This document shows positions 40,140 through 49,829 of a stretch of 64,000 nucleotides of DNA, one piece after another. Position 1 is the stretch's first letter, and each line of letters starts with the position of its first letter. The position numbers and the translations under genes are program-made. Below the pieces are notes generated by a model. That model was not told where the DNA came from and did no database searches. It saw only the letters and a program-made list of their open reading frames with translations. Source of the stretch: Pelagibacteraceae bacterium AG-410-N23. GTDB taxonomy: Bacteria; Pseudomonadota; Alphaproteobacteria; Pelagibacterales; Pelagibacteraceae. The DNA lies in contig QCKW01000004.1 of NCBI GenBank assembly GCA_003215055.1, forward strand, positions 990-64,989, written 5' to 3'.

Positions 40140-40439
40140 TTAAGGGAGTGGTTCTGGCTCCAGGACTTCTGAATATTCCACAGATTCGACTACATATGCT
40201 AAGAGAATTGTAGGATCTTCATCAATATAAGGAATTTTTGGTAATTTTTTTTTAAAAATATTATTCTCTTTTTGAAGAGTTAATTGATTTACTAATTTAT
40301 TAGATCCATAAGATAAACTGGCTTGATAAACACTTCCAGTTTTTGCCCCAGTAAGGACTGGACTTAAAAGTGCTGAACCAGGTGTGGTGCACTGGTTCAA
40401 AACAAACAAAAGAAATAAACTCAAATAAATTTTTCTCAT
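40140..40439 (-). CDS. Hypothetical lipoprotein
   Basis: Signal peptide ending LNQC; TGSVYQASLSY. Confidence 0.6.
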   Translation of the reverse strand: MRKIYLSLFLLFVLNQCTTPGSALLSPVLTGAKTGSVYQASLSYGSNKLVNQLTLQKENNIFKKKLPKIPYIDEDPTILLAYVVESVEYSEVLEPEPLP

Positions 40440-40561
40440 TATAAATAAATGCTAATATATGATTCTGTCGGTCTTAAATATTTTTAATTTTAAATAATTC
40501 AATAATAAATATTTTTAATTTTGAATTATTTTTCTACTTAAGGTTGATTAGATGTGACAAT

Positions 40562-41335
40562 TTATTTTATAATTGCTTTAACGCTTCCTAATTTTTCAAT
40601 ACTCCCTACATATAAACCCTTGGCTTTAATGGGGACAACTCCAACCGTAGAACCTGTAAAAACATAAAAGTCTTTGTTTAAATTAATTCTATCCTTTTTA
40701 ACTTTATTTAAAACAAATCTTAATGAATTTAAGGGATTTATGTAAACTGTATTCGTATTTCCATCAACATTGTAGTTATTTTTTCTATTTGAAATTTTAG
40801 TTTTAAGATTGCCAACATTTAATTTTCTATATTTTTTTTTTGATCCAATCAAAAATTTAACATTTGCCCCAAAATCACTACATAAATCACCAAATGAAGT
40901 TATACCTTTCTTTCTTTGTCTGTATCCAACTATTTCAATACATGTTGCTATATGGGAGATATATTTAGATATATTTTTCATAGTGACTTTATTTTTTGAA
41001 ATGAAAAAGGATTTTTTAATCTTATAACAAACCTCAAGTTCAATACCCAAGGTTGAATTATTAACTTTTACGCTTTTTCCACTTTTTAAAAAATTTCTCT
41101 TATAAACAGAGGCATAAAATGGTTCTTTTTCTTTAAATTTTTTAATCAATGGAATTCCAGTACCAGCAGCTTTAAATCCAATTATGGGCTCATTTATTTT
41201 GCTTTCACATAATTTTCTTAACTTTTGCGCCTCACTTAGTTTTTTTGAAAATTTTAATGGTATTGGGGCTATAATTTTATTCTTTAGAAAAGCCTTTACA
41301 AGATTATCCGAGGTTCTTTCAATCAAAGTTTTCAT
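40562..41335 (-). CDS. Fumarylacetoacetate hydrolase family (2-keto-4-pentenoate hydratase-like)
   Basis: IGFKAAGT, GIELEV, CIEIV, NPLNSL, FTGS. Confidence 0.8.
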   Translation of the reverse strand: MKTLIERTSDNLVKAFLKNKIIAPIPLKFSKKLSEAQKLRKLCESKINEPIIGFKAAGTGIPLIKKFKEKEPFYASVYKRNFLKSGKSVKVNNSTLGIELEVCYKIKKSFFISKNKVTMKNISKYISHIATCIEIVGYRQRKKGITSFGDLCSDFGANVKFLIGSKKKYRKLNVGNLKTKISNRKNNYNVDGNTNTVYINPLNSLRFVLNKVKKDRINLNKDFYVFTGSTVGVVPIKAKGLYVGSIEKLGSVKAIIK

Positions 41336-41340
41336 ATTAG

Positions 41341-42144
41341 TTAGTTTAGCAATGACATAGGGTCAAGTCTAGTTTGAAACCAATTTACTCTAAAATCTAA
41401 ATGTGGACCTGTTGATCTACCTGTCGAACCAACAGTTCCAATAATATCTCCTTGATTGATTTTATCACCAACTGAAACCATTACATTTTCTAAATGAGAA
41501 TAAATTGTTGAAATACCGTGTCCATGATCCATTATAATTGTCCCACCAGTATAATATAAATCATCTTCTGCCATTGTAACCTTTCCTGACGCAGAAGATC
41601 TAATTTTTGTCCCTTGTTTTGCAGCAATATCTATTCCATAATGAGGCCACTTAGGTTTTCCATTTAATATTCTTTGACTACCATAAACACCACTTATAAT
41701 ACCTTCTACAGGCATAATAAATTGATCTTTAAAAAAAGATAAATTTGAATTTATTGCTCTTGCTTCACCAATTTTATTATTCTCTTCTCTAATTCTTTTG
41801 TACACAGACTCAGGTGGTGTTACTTTGCTTTCAGGAAGACCATCAATTCTTTGGATTCTATATTTTCTTTTTAAAACTTTTTTTGTGAATACTTCTTTTT
41901 TTCCATTTAGAGTTTTAGTTATTAAAACATCAAATTTTCTATCTCTATCTAAACCAAAAACAAAATAACCATCTTTTGATACATTCACTTTTCTTTTATC
42001 TATAATTATTTTCGCTGATGGATCAGTAATACCAATTATAAAATGACCTTGTAAAAACTGTCCCTTAAACTCGATAGCATTTAGTTGTGTTGAATAAAAT
42101 AATACGATTATTAAAAATAATTTTTTTACTACTTTGCAGTCCAT
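41341..42144 (-). CDS. M23 family metallopeptidase
   Basis: HYGIDIA, YSHL, GSTGRSTGPHL. Confidence 0.9.
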   Translation of the reverse strand: MDCKVVKKLFLIIVLFYSTQLNAIEFKGQFLQGHFIIGITDPSAKIIIDKRKVNVSKDGYFVFGLDRDRKFDVLITKTLNGKKEVFTKKVLKRKYRIQRIDGLPESKVTPPESVYKRIREENNKIGEARAINSNLSFFKDQFIMPVEGIISGVYGSQRILNGKPKWPHYGIDIAAKQGTKIRSSASGKVTMAEDDLYYTGGTIIMDHGHGISTIYSHLENVMVSVGDKINQGDIIGTVGSTGRSTGPHLDFRVNWFQTRLDPMSLLN

Positions 42145-42899
42145 CCGCCATCCACTAATAATGAAGTTCCAGTAATCATTGATGCAGCATCAGAGGCTAA
42201 AAAAACAGCAGCAGAGGCTACTTCAGATAGTTCTGCAAATCTACCTAGGGGAATGTTGTTAAGAGTTTCTCTTTTAAATTTTTTGTTTTTTAAAAATTTT
42301 TTTGTCATTGGAGTTACAACAAATGTTGGACAAATAGTATTTACTCTTATGTTATATTTAGCTAAATCAATTGACATTCCTTTTGTTAGTCCTTCAAGAC
42401 CAAATTTAGTCATGTTGTAAACACTTCTTATCGGACCTCCCACATGTCCCATCTGCGATGACATATTTATTATTGCTCCACCAATTTTTTTTCTATTTTT
42501 TGTCTTTATCATTTTTAATGAGCATAGTTGAGCTAGGTTGAAAGTTGCTATTGTGTTTATTCTTACAAGATATTCCATATTTTTTGTTTTTACTTTTGTA
42601 AAATGTTCTGGAATATTATTGCCGGCATTATTAATCAAAATATCTATCTTAGGAATTTTATTAATAATTTCTTTAATCTGATTATAATTTGTTATGTCAC
42701 ATACAAAAGATTTACATTTAGATTTAAGTTTTTTTATTTTTTTTGATACTTCGTCTAAATCTTTTTTAGTTCTACTAATTATTATAAGATTTGCACCAGC
42801 TTCAGCAAGAGCAATTGCGCAAGCTCTTCCAAGTCCTTTTCCAGCACCTGTTACAACTGCAGTTTTGTTTTTTAAATTATAATTTTTTAAATACATCAT
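42129..42899 (-). CDS. Short-chain dehydrogenase (HpsO/gluconate 5-dehydrogenase-like)
   Basis: TGAGKGLG, NNAG, SSQMGHVGG, YNMTK. Confidence 0.85.
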   Translation of the reverse strand: MMYLKNYNLKNKTAVVTGAGKGLGRACAIALAEAGANLIIISRTKKDLDEVSKKIKKLKSKCKSFVCDITNYNQIKEIINKIPKIDILINNAGNNIPEHFTKVKTKNMEYLVRINTIATFNLAQLCSLKMIKTKNRKKIGGAIINMSSQMGHVGGPIRSVYNMTKFGLEGLTKGMSIDLAKYNIRVNTICPTFVVTPMTKKFLKNKKFKRETLNNIPLGRFAELSEVASAAVFLASDAASMITGTSLLVDGGWTAK

Positions 42900-43489
42900 A
42901 AAAATAATATTTGAATATCTGTGTAAATCAATTCAATAGCAACAATTAATATTGCTATTAATCCAGCCCATGCAATCCATTTATATTTTTTGATCCAATT
43001 TGAAATTAATGTTGCAGCAAAAGCCATCAGTGCAATTGACAAAACTAAACCAAATATTAATAATTTATAATGATCACCCGCTGCTCCAGCAACACCCAAG
43101 ACATTATCTAAACTCATAGTAAAGTCAGCTAATAAAATTGTCCAAATAGCTTTAAAGAAACTTGAGTTATCAACTTTAATGTCTTCCTCGTGATCTGAGC
43201 CTTTTATAACATCTGTGTAAAGTTTATAGACTATATAAAGAAGAAGCAACCCACCTAACAGTCTTAATCCTGTAATTTGTAATAAATATGCAGTAAGTAA
43301 AGTTAAAATAATTCTTAAAATTACAGCACCACCAATACCCCAAAAAATTATTTTTCTTCTTTGTTCTAAAGGAAATTTTGATGCAACCATTCCAATAATA
43401 ATGGCATTATCTCCAGCTAAGACTAAATCGATTAAAATAATTTGAGTTAGTATAGTTAACTGCTCTGGAGTAAAAAATTCAGCAAACAT
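42896..43489 (-). CDS. TerC/YjbE family membrane protein
   Basis: IDLVLAGDNA, ADFTMSLDNV. Confidence 0.9.
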   Translation of the reverse strand: MFAEFFTPEQLTILTQIILIDLVLAGDNAIIIGMVASKFPLEQRRKIIFWGIGGAVILRIILTLLTAYLLQITGLRLLGGLLLLYIVYKLYTDVIKGSDHEEDIKVDNSSFFKAIWTILLADFTMSLDNVLGVAGAAGDHYKLLIFGLVLSIALMAFAATLISNWIKKYKWIAWAGLIAILIVAIELIYTDIQILFL

Positions 43490-45099
43490 TAATTTGTAAG
43501 TATCATATCAGCACCTTTTTCTGCAATCATTATTGTTGGTGCATTAGTATTGCCTGATGTGATGTTTGGCATAATTGAAGCATCGATTACTCTTAAGTTT
43601 TGAATACCTCTAACTCTAAGTTTTTCATCAACAACCGCCATATCATCCTGTCCCATTTTGCAGGTACCAACAGGATGGAAAATCGTTTGAGTATAATCTG
43701 AACCAGCTTTAACTAATTCTTCATCATCAGTTATATGAACTCCAGGTCTATATTCTTCTGGTTCATATTGTTTGAATGTTTTAGTCTCTAACATAATTTT
43801 TCTGACAATTTTTAATCCCTGTGCTGCAACCTTCCTATCTTCATCAGTAGATAAATAATTCATCTTAATTTTAGGATAAATTCTACTATCATTGCTAATT
43901 ATATTTATTTCTCCTCTACTAGTAGGTCTAACATTTGCAACAGTTGGAGTAATTCCTTCAAAGTCATGCATCGGAGTTACACCTAATATGTCTGTACTAA
44001 CAGGAGATACATGAAATTGTAGATTAGGAGTAGCTCTTGAGGGATCACTTTTAACAAATCCACAAACTTGGCTAGCTCCCATTGTTACAGGTCCACTTTG
44101 ATTGACTAAATATTCCAGCCCCATTAAAAATCTTCCAAATAAACTTTCAACTTTTCTATTTAGCGATTTTAAATTTTTGACTTTATAAACTGGCCTAAAC
44201 ATTAAATGATCTTGTAAGTTTTTACCCACACCATTTGACTCATGAACAACCTCTATGCCTAATTTTTTAAGTTTGTTAGATTCGCCAATTCCAGACACTT
44301 GCAAAATATGAGGAGATCCAATTGATCCTGCTGATAAAATTACTTCCTTATTGGCATTCACAGTATTAATTTTTTCCCCATTATAATAATTAACACCTAC
44401 AGCTTTCTTACCTTCAAAATTTATTTTTTGAACGTGTGCGTTAGTTACAATCTTTAAATTAGATCTTTTTTTTGCAGGATTTAAATATCCTTTGGCAGCA
44501 CTACATCTAAGTTTTAACCCTGCTTTATTAAAGCTTGTGGTGAATTGAAAAAAACCTACACCAAAGTTATCTCCAGTATTAAAATCATTAGTTTTAGGTA
44601 TACCATATTCTTCAGCAGCATTTTGAAACTCATCAAGTAATTTTAAATTTATTTTTTTATTTGCTACAGTAATTGGACCACTATCATTATGAAATTCACT
44701 TTTTCCTAATTCATTATTCTCTGATTTAAGAAAATAGGGTAAAACATTTTCCCAGTCCCATCCTGTATTACCTAGTTGTCTCCAGACATTATAATCTTCT
44801 TTTTGACCTCTAATCCATAAAAGTCCATTAATCGAAGAGCTTCCACCTAAAGTTTTTCCTCTTGGATATCTAATTGACCTATTATTCATTGTCTCATCTG
44901 GTTCAGTTTTGAAACACCAATCAACTTTTGGATTATGCATAGTTTTAAAATATCCAACTGGAATATGTATCCATGGATAATTATCTTTACCACCAGCCTC
45001 GATTAACAAAACCTTATTTGATGGATTTGCTGAAAGTCTATTTGCAAGAACGCAACCAGCAGAGCCTGCTCCTAATATAATGTAATCAAAATTTTCCAT
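43489..45099 (-). CDS. GMC family flavin oxidoreductase (choline dehydrogenase-like; possibly isethionate dehydrogenase)
   Basis: GAGSAGCVLANRLS, RGKTLGGSSSING, NLQDH, FHPVGTCKMG, GNTNAP. Confidence 0.9.
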   Translation of the reverse strand: MENFDYIILGAGSAGCVLANRLSANPSNKVLLIEAGGKDNYPWIHIPVGYFKTMHNPKVDWCFKTEPDETMNNRSIRYPRGKTLGGSSSINGLLWIRGQKEDYNVWRQLGNTGWDWENVLPYFLKSENNELGKSEFHNDSGPITVANKKINLKLLDEFQNAAEEYGIPKTNDFNTGDNFGVGFFQFTTSFNKAGLKLRCSAAKGYLNPAKKRSNLKIVTNAHVQKINFEGKKAVGVNYYNGEKINTVNANKEVILSAGSIGSPHILQVSGIGESNKLKKLGIEVVHESNGVGKNLQDHLMFRPVYKVKNLKSLNRKVESLFGRFLMGLEYLVNQSGPVTMGASQVCGFVKSDPSRATPNLQFHVSPVSTDILGVTPMHDFEGITPTVANVRPTSRGEINIISNDSRIYPKIKMNYLSTDEDRKVAAQGLKIVRKIMLETKTFKQYEPEEYRPGVHITDDEELVKAGSDYTQTIFHPVGTCKMGQDDMAVVDEKLRVRGIQNLRVIDASIMPNITSGNTNAPTIMIAEKGADMILTN

Positions 45100-45231
45100 T
45101 GATAGTTGAATCTTTTTTTAGTTAAATTTTTTTAAAGGTTTTACACTCATATTTATCAATTGTCACTTGTGTCAACATTGTTTTTCTGATTGTATGCAGC
45201 ACGTTAAATTTAACTAACAAGAGGAAATATA

Positions 45232-46326
45232 ATGAAAAAAATCATTTCAATGTTATTTGCGACTGTTTTAGTACTTGGATTTACATCTAGTGCTAACGCT
45301 GCAAAAACACTTAAATGTCAGACTGTTCTTAACACCAAAGCTGATGAAGTTAAGATGTTAAAGGACTTTACTGATACAGTTACAGAATTAACAGGTGGAT
45401 CATTAAAATTTGAAATCTTACCTGCTGGTGCTGTTGTTGGAGTTAAAGAAACTTTAGATGCAGTTGATAAAGGTCTGATTGATTGTGGTTTCGCATGGAC
45501 TCACTATTGGTCAGGAGATCATCCTGCTGCTATGTTATTTGGTTCGCCAGTAGCTGGTGGTGGTGTTGGTATTGACAACTTAGCATTCTTATCATGGTTC
45601 CAGTATGGTGGTGGTAAAGAATTATACGACCAACTTTGGAAAGAAATGGGAAGAGACATCAAAGGATTTATGCTTCAACCAGTTGGTCCAGAAGCTTTAG
45701 GTTGGTTTCCAAAACCAATTAAAGATATGGCTGACTTTAGAAAATATAAGTTCAGAACTCCTCCAGGAATTCCAGGACAAACATATAAAGACATTGGTAT
45801 AGCATCTGTTGCAATGGGTGGTGGAGATATTCTACCAGCTCTTGAAGCAGGAACTATCGATGCTGCTGAATGGTGTTGTCCAAAACCAGACTTAACATTT
45901 GGTTTCCAAAAAGTATTAAAGCACTACTACCTACAAGGTTTACACCAAGTAGTGGTAAATGCTGACTTTTATATTACTGGAAAAACTTATAAAGCTATGA
46001 GTGCTCATGAGAAGAAGTCTCTTGAAGTTGCTGCTAATGCTTCATTAGCAAAATCTTTAAGCTACAGAATCTATGAAAATGGAAAAGCTTTACAAGAGCT
46101 TACTACTAAGCATGGAGTTAAATTAGAAGATACTCCATCTGACTACTTCACAGAATATATGGCTGCTGCAAAAGCTACATTGAATAAAAATGCAGAACAA
46201 AACAAGTTCTTCAAAAAAGTATATGATTCAATGAAAGACTTTGCTGATGTTGCTGTTCCATTCTGGAGTGGTGCTCAAATGTCAAATGCGAAGCTAGGAA
46301 TGGCTCACGCTGCAACATTAAAGTAA
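45232..46326 (+). CDS. TRAP transporter substrate-binding protein (DctP)
   Basis: Signal peptide, GWF, FRTPPG, ILPALEAGTIDAAEW. Confidence 0.9.
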   Translation: MKKIISMLFATVLVLGFTSSANAAKTLKCQTVLNTKADEVKMLKDFTDTVTELTGGSLKFEILPAGAVVGVKETLDAVDKGLIDCGFAWTHYWSGDHPAAMLFGSPVAGGGVGIDNLAFLSWFQYGGGKELYDQLWKEMGRDIKGFMLQPVGPEALGWFPKPIKDMADFRKYKFRTPPGIPGQTYKDIGIASVAMGGGDILPALEAGTIDAAEWCCPKPDLTFGFQKVLKHYYLQGLHQVVVNADFYITGKTYKAMSAHEKKSLEVAANASLAKSLSYRIYENGKALQELTTKHGVKLEDTPSDYFTEYMAAAKATLNKNAEQNKFFKKVYDSMKDFADVAVPFWSGAQMSNAKLGMAHAATLK

Positions 46327-46347
46327 TCAGTAATTAATCTTGATTTT

Positions 46348-46377
46348 ATTAGAGCGGACTTTTACAGTCCGCTCTAA
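46348..46377 (+). terminator. Strong stem-loop after TRAP binding-protein gene
   Basis: TTAGAGCGGACT-TTTAC-AGTCCGCTCTAA perfect inverted repeat. Confidence 0.7.
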
Positions 46378-46396
46378 TTATTTTAACTAGAATTTT

Positions 46397-47011
46397 ATGG
46401 CGGACGAACCTAGTAAATTAGATATATCAGATGAAATGATTGCCGAAAGGCGAGGTGGTTCGGGAAAAATGCCTGATGACATGCCATTATGGATGGCAAT
46501 ATCAATTATAAATATTGATAAGTTTAGCAAGTGGATTGGAAATATTGTTTGTTGGATATTAATGCCACTCATTTTTGCAATGACCTACGAAGTCCTTGCA
46601 AGAAAATTATTTTTAGCTCCTACAATATGGGCTTATGACATAAGCCGATTTTTATATGGTGCACTCTTTATGTTAGGAGCAGGTTATGCTCTATCAAGAG
46701 GTGTTCATATTAGAGCTGATTTTTTATACAGAAATTTCAAAACTAAAAATCAAGGTTTAATTGATTTTTGGTTATATCTGTTATTTTATTTTCCAGGGCT
46801 AATAGTTTTTCTTTACATGACAATCGGCTATGTAGGAGAGTCTATACAAAGAGGCGAAAGAGGTATGGATACTACTTGGATGCCTTACATGTGGCCTATA
46901 AAAACTTGTCTATTAATTGGTATCATATTTTTACTTATTCAAGGTGTTTCAGAATTATTTAAAAGTTATTGGGCTGCAAAAAAAGGTGAATGGCCAGGAG
47001 AAACTAAATGA
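46397..47011 (+). CDS. TRAP transporter small permease (DctQ)
   Basis: 4 TM, YEVLAR, HIRADF. Confidence 0.9.
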   Translation: MADEPSKLDISDEMIAERRGGSGKMPDDMPLWMAISIINIDKFSKWIGNIVCWILMPLIFAMTYEVLARKLFLAPTIWAYDISRFLYGALFMLGAGYALSRGVHIRADFLYRNFKTKNQGLIDFWLYLLFYFPGLIVFLYMTIGYVGESIQRGERGMDTTWMPYMWPIKTCLLIGIIFLLIQGVSELFKSYWAAKKGEWPGETK

Positions 47012-48342
47012 TAGCTGAATTTATAGATCCAGCGATTTTAGGTTTTATACTTGTTGGAGTAATGCTATTTGCAATCTTTGTAGGTTTTCCTATTTCATTT
47101 ACATTAATTTTTTTAGGATTTGTATTTGGTTATCTTGGATTTGGAAAATTAGTCTTTTATTTAATGACACTCCAATTTTCTATGGTTATGACCGAGCAAA
47201 CACTCGCCGCCGTCCCACTCTTTGTATTTATGGGGATAATGATGGAACAAGCCGGATTGATGGAAAGATTATTTTCAGCATTTCAATTGATGTTATCAAG
47301 AGTTAAAGGTTCTTTATATTACGCAGTTTTATTTGTTTCGGTAATTTTTGCAGCAGCAACTGGAATTGTTGGAGCTTCTGTTACAATTCTTGGAATAATG
47401 GCTGCAAAATCAATGAACAGATCTGGTTATGATGTTAGACTTGCAGCAGGAACTATTACTGCTGGAGGAACTTTAGGAATATTAATTCCTCCAAGTATTA
47501 TGTTAGTTGTAATGGGTCCGATAATGGAAATTCCAGTAATTGATTTATTTGCGGCTGCCATATTACCAGGGATTCTTTTAGCAAGTCTTTATGCAGGTTA
47601 CACAACAATTAGATGTATGATCAATCCTAAATTAGGACCAGTTTTACCCGATGATATGAGAGCTACGAGCATGAAAGAAGTTTGGATAGAATTCCTTCTT
47701 GGATTAGTTCCTCCTGCCGCTTTAGTGTTTGCTGCATTAGGAAGTATTTTATTCGGATTTGCAACACCAACAGAGGCTGCTGGCTGTGGAGCTATGGGTG
47801 CTTTACTTTTATCATTAGCTTATAAAAAATTAACTCTTCCAAAGTTACAGGAAGCATTAGTTAAAACTTTGGAGATAACTGCTTTGATAATGGTTTTAGT
47901 TGCTGCTTCTAATTTCTTTGGTGCAGTTTTCGCTAGATTAGGAACACCAACTTTATTGACTGAATTTTTATTGGGATTAGAGATGAATAAATATCTAATC
48001 TTAGCAATGATAATGGTTATGATATTCTTATTAGGATGGCCATTAGAGTGGGTGCCAATAGTAATGATTATTGTTCCAATAATCTTACCTTTAGTTGAAG
48101 CATTAGGCTTCAATTTAACTTGGTTTGCAATTTTAGTGGCAGTCAATTTACAAACCGCCTGGCTATCGCCTCCAGTTGCACTATCTGCTTACTTCTTAAA
48201 AGGAGTTGTGCCAGAATGGGATTTAAAAGATATTTATTATGGAATGATGCAATTTATGGTTCTACAAGTTATCGGTTTAGTATTAATCATTATATTTCCA
48301 AAAATAGCTCTATGGTTACCGACACTGTTGTATGGACAGTAG
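47008..48342 (+). CDS. TRAP transporter large permease (DctM)
   Basis: AVPLFVFMG, GTLGILIPPS, ATPTEAA, SPPVA. Confidence 0.92.
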   Translation: MIAEFIDPAILGFILVGVMLFAIFVGFPISFTLIFLGFVFGYLGFGKLVFYLMTLQFSMVMTEQTLAAVPLFVFMGIMMEQAGLMERLFSAFQLMLSRVKGSLYYAVLFVSVIFAAATGIVGASVTILGIMAAKSMNRSGYDVRLAAGTITAGGTLGILIPPSIMLVVMGPIMEIPVIDLFAAAILPGILLASLYAGYTTIRCMINPKLGPVLPDDMRATSMKEVWIEFLLGLVPPAALVFAALGSILFGFATPTEAAGCGAMGALLLSLAYKKLTLPKLQEALVKTLEITALIMVLVAASNFFGAVFARLGTPTLLTEFLLGLEMNKYLILAMIMVMIFLLGWPLEWVPIVMIIVPIILPLVEALGFNLTWFAILVAVNLQTAWLSPPVALSAYFLKGVVPEWDLKDIYYGMMQFMVLQVIGLVLIIIFPKIALWLPTLLYGQ

Positions 48343-48367
48343 AAAATTTAAGTTTTATATTGTTTAA

Positions 48368-49825
48368 GTGAGTCCTCAAAAACAAAAAAAAACACTTACT
48401 AATTGGGATTTAGTCTCAGTCAATCCTAGTGAAAAAAATTGGGATTGGAAAGATTTATTTTGTTATTGGGGTGTAAACGTTCAAAGTGTTATTGGTTTTT
48501 CTCTTATAGTTTCATTATATGTTATTTATGATTTAAATACATTTGTAGTCTTCTTTGGAACATTGATTGGATCTTTTTTTGTATATTTATTTTCCAACAT
48601 GATAGGAAAACCATCACAAAAAACGGGACTTCCATTTGTGGTTATGTTGAGAACTTCACTGGGTGTTAGAGGGGCAAAATATTTTGGCTTATTAAGGTCT
48701 TTATTGGGAATTTTTCTTTTTGGAATACAAACATATTTTTTATCTAAAGCTTTTAGTTATTTAATACGTATCGCAATTTTTTCGTATGACTCATCATTAT
48801 TAGAAATAAATATTTTTTTAATTTTTGTTTTAGGTTTAAACATCATAGATTGGTTTGCGATTATTATTGCCATAATTTTTCAAGGAATTTTATTTAGTAG
48901 AGGAATGAATTTTAATAAATCGCTTATAAATATTTCTGCAATTATAGTTTACATCGGTATGTTTTTTTTCTTTCTATTAATTCTTTTGACCGATGTAAAG
49001 ATCATGTCAGAAGCTTTTGTTAATATATTAGATTACAGTAATTTTACAAAATTAGATAATTTAATTCCATTGATAACCGTTGCAGGTACTATCTTCGCAT
49101 ACTTTTCAATAGTTATAATGAGTTTTGGTGATTTTTCACGTTATGTAAAAAGTGAGAAAGAACTTAAAAAGGGAAATTTTAGTTTAATAGTAAATTTAAT
49201 TATCTTTTCTTTTTTTGCTTTATTTATTGTCACTGGATCTGATGTATTTATTAAGAGTGGAAATGAAAATTTTGAAAAAATACTTACTCACCCAACAGAT
49301 ATCATTGGCACTTTAGACAATCTTTTAGTTACAATTTTAGTTTTAATATTAATAATTATAGCATCTGCATCTACCAATTTAATTGTAAACTTTATTCCCT
49401 CTCAATATACATTAATAAATTTCATGCCCTCATCACTTTCAGTTAAAAACTCAACAATAATAATTTCAATTCTTGCATTAGTAGTTGGGATTTTTTGGTT
49501 AAGTTATCTAAGTCAAATTGGCATTATATCTTTCTTGGATACTTTTGGATCCTTTTTTGGACCAATTTTTGGAATTATGATTATTGATCTGTATTCAATT
49601 AGAAAAAATAAAATTAATAATAAGGATATATATTCATTAGAAACAGATGGCTCCTATTATTATTCAAGTGGATGGCACATAAAAGGAGTTTATTCTTTAA
49701 TCATTGGTTTCATTTTTTCAGCCTCAACAATTTGGAACTCTAATTTAATGTTTCTTCAATCATATTCATGGATAATAGGGGCATTTATTGCAGGATTGAC
49801 CTATTATTTATTAGCTAAAGAATAA
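48368..49825 (+). CDS. NCS1 family nucleobase:cation symporter
   Basis: G.PF.V..R.S.G.RG motif, DFSRY, GPIFGIMIID; many TM segments. Confidence 0.85.
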   Translation: MSPQKQKKTLTNWDLVSVNPSEKNWDWKDLFCYWGVNVQSVIGFSLIVSLYVIYDLNTFVVFFGTLIGSFFVYLFSNMIGKPSQKTGLPFVVMLRTSLGVRGAKYFGLLRSLLGIFLFGIQTYFLSKAFSYLIRIAIFSYDSSLLEINIFLIFVLGLNIIDWFAIIIAIIFQGILFSRGMNFNKSLINISAIIVYIGMFFFFLLILLTDVKIMSEAFVNILDYSNFTKLDNLIPLITVAGTIFAYFSIVIMSFGDFSRYVKSEKELKKGNFSLIVNLIIFSFFALFIVTGSDVFIKSGNENFEKILTHPTDIIGTLDNLLVTILVLILIIIASASTNLIVNFIPSQYTLINFMPSSLSVKNSTIIISILALVVGIFWLSYLSQIGIISFLDTFGSFFGPIFGIMIIDLYSIRKNKINNKDIYSLETDGSYYYSSGWHIKGVYSLIIGFIFSASTIWNSNLMFLQSYSWIIGAFIAGLTYYLLAKE

Positions 49826-49829
49826 CTAA

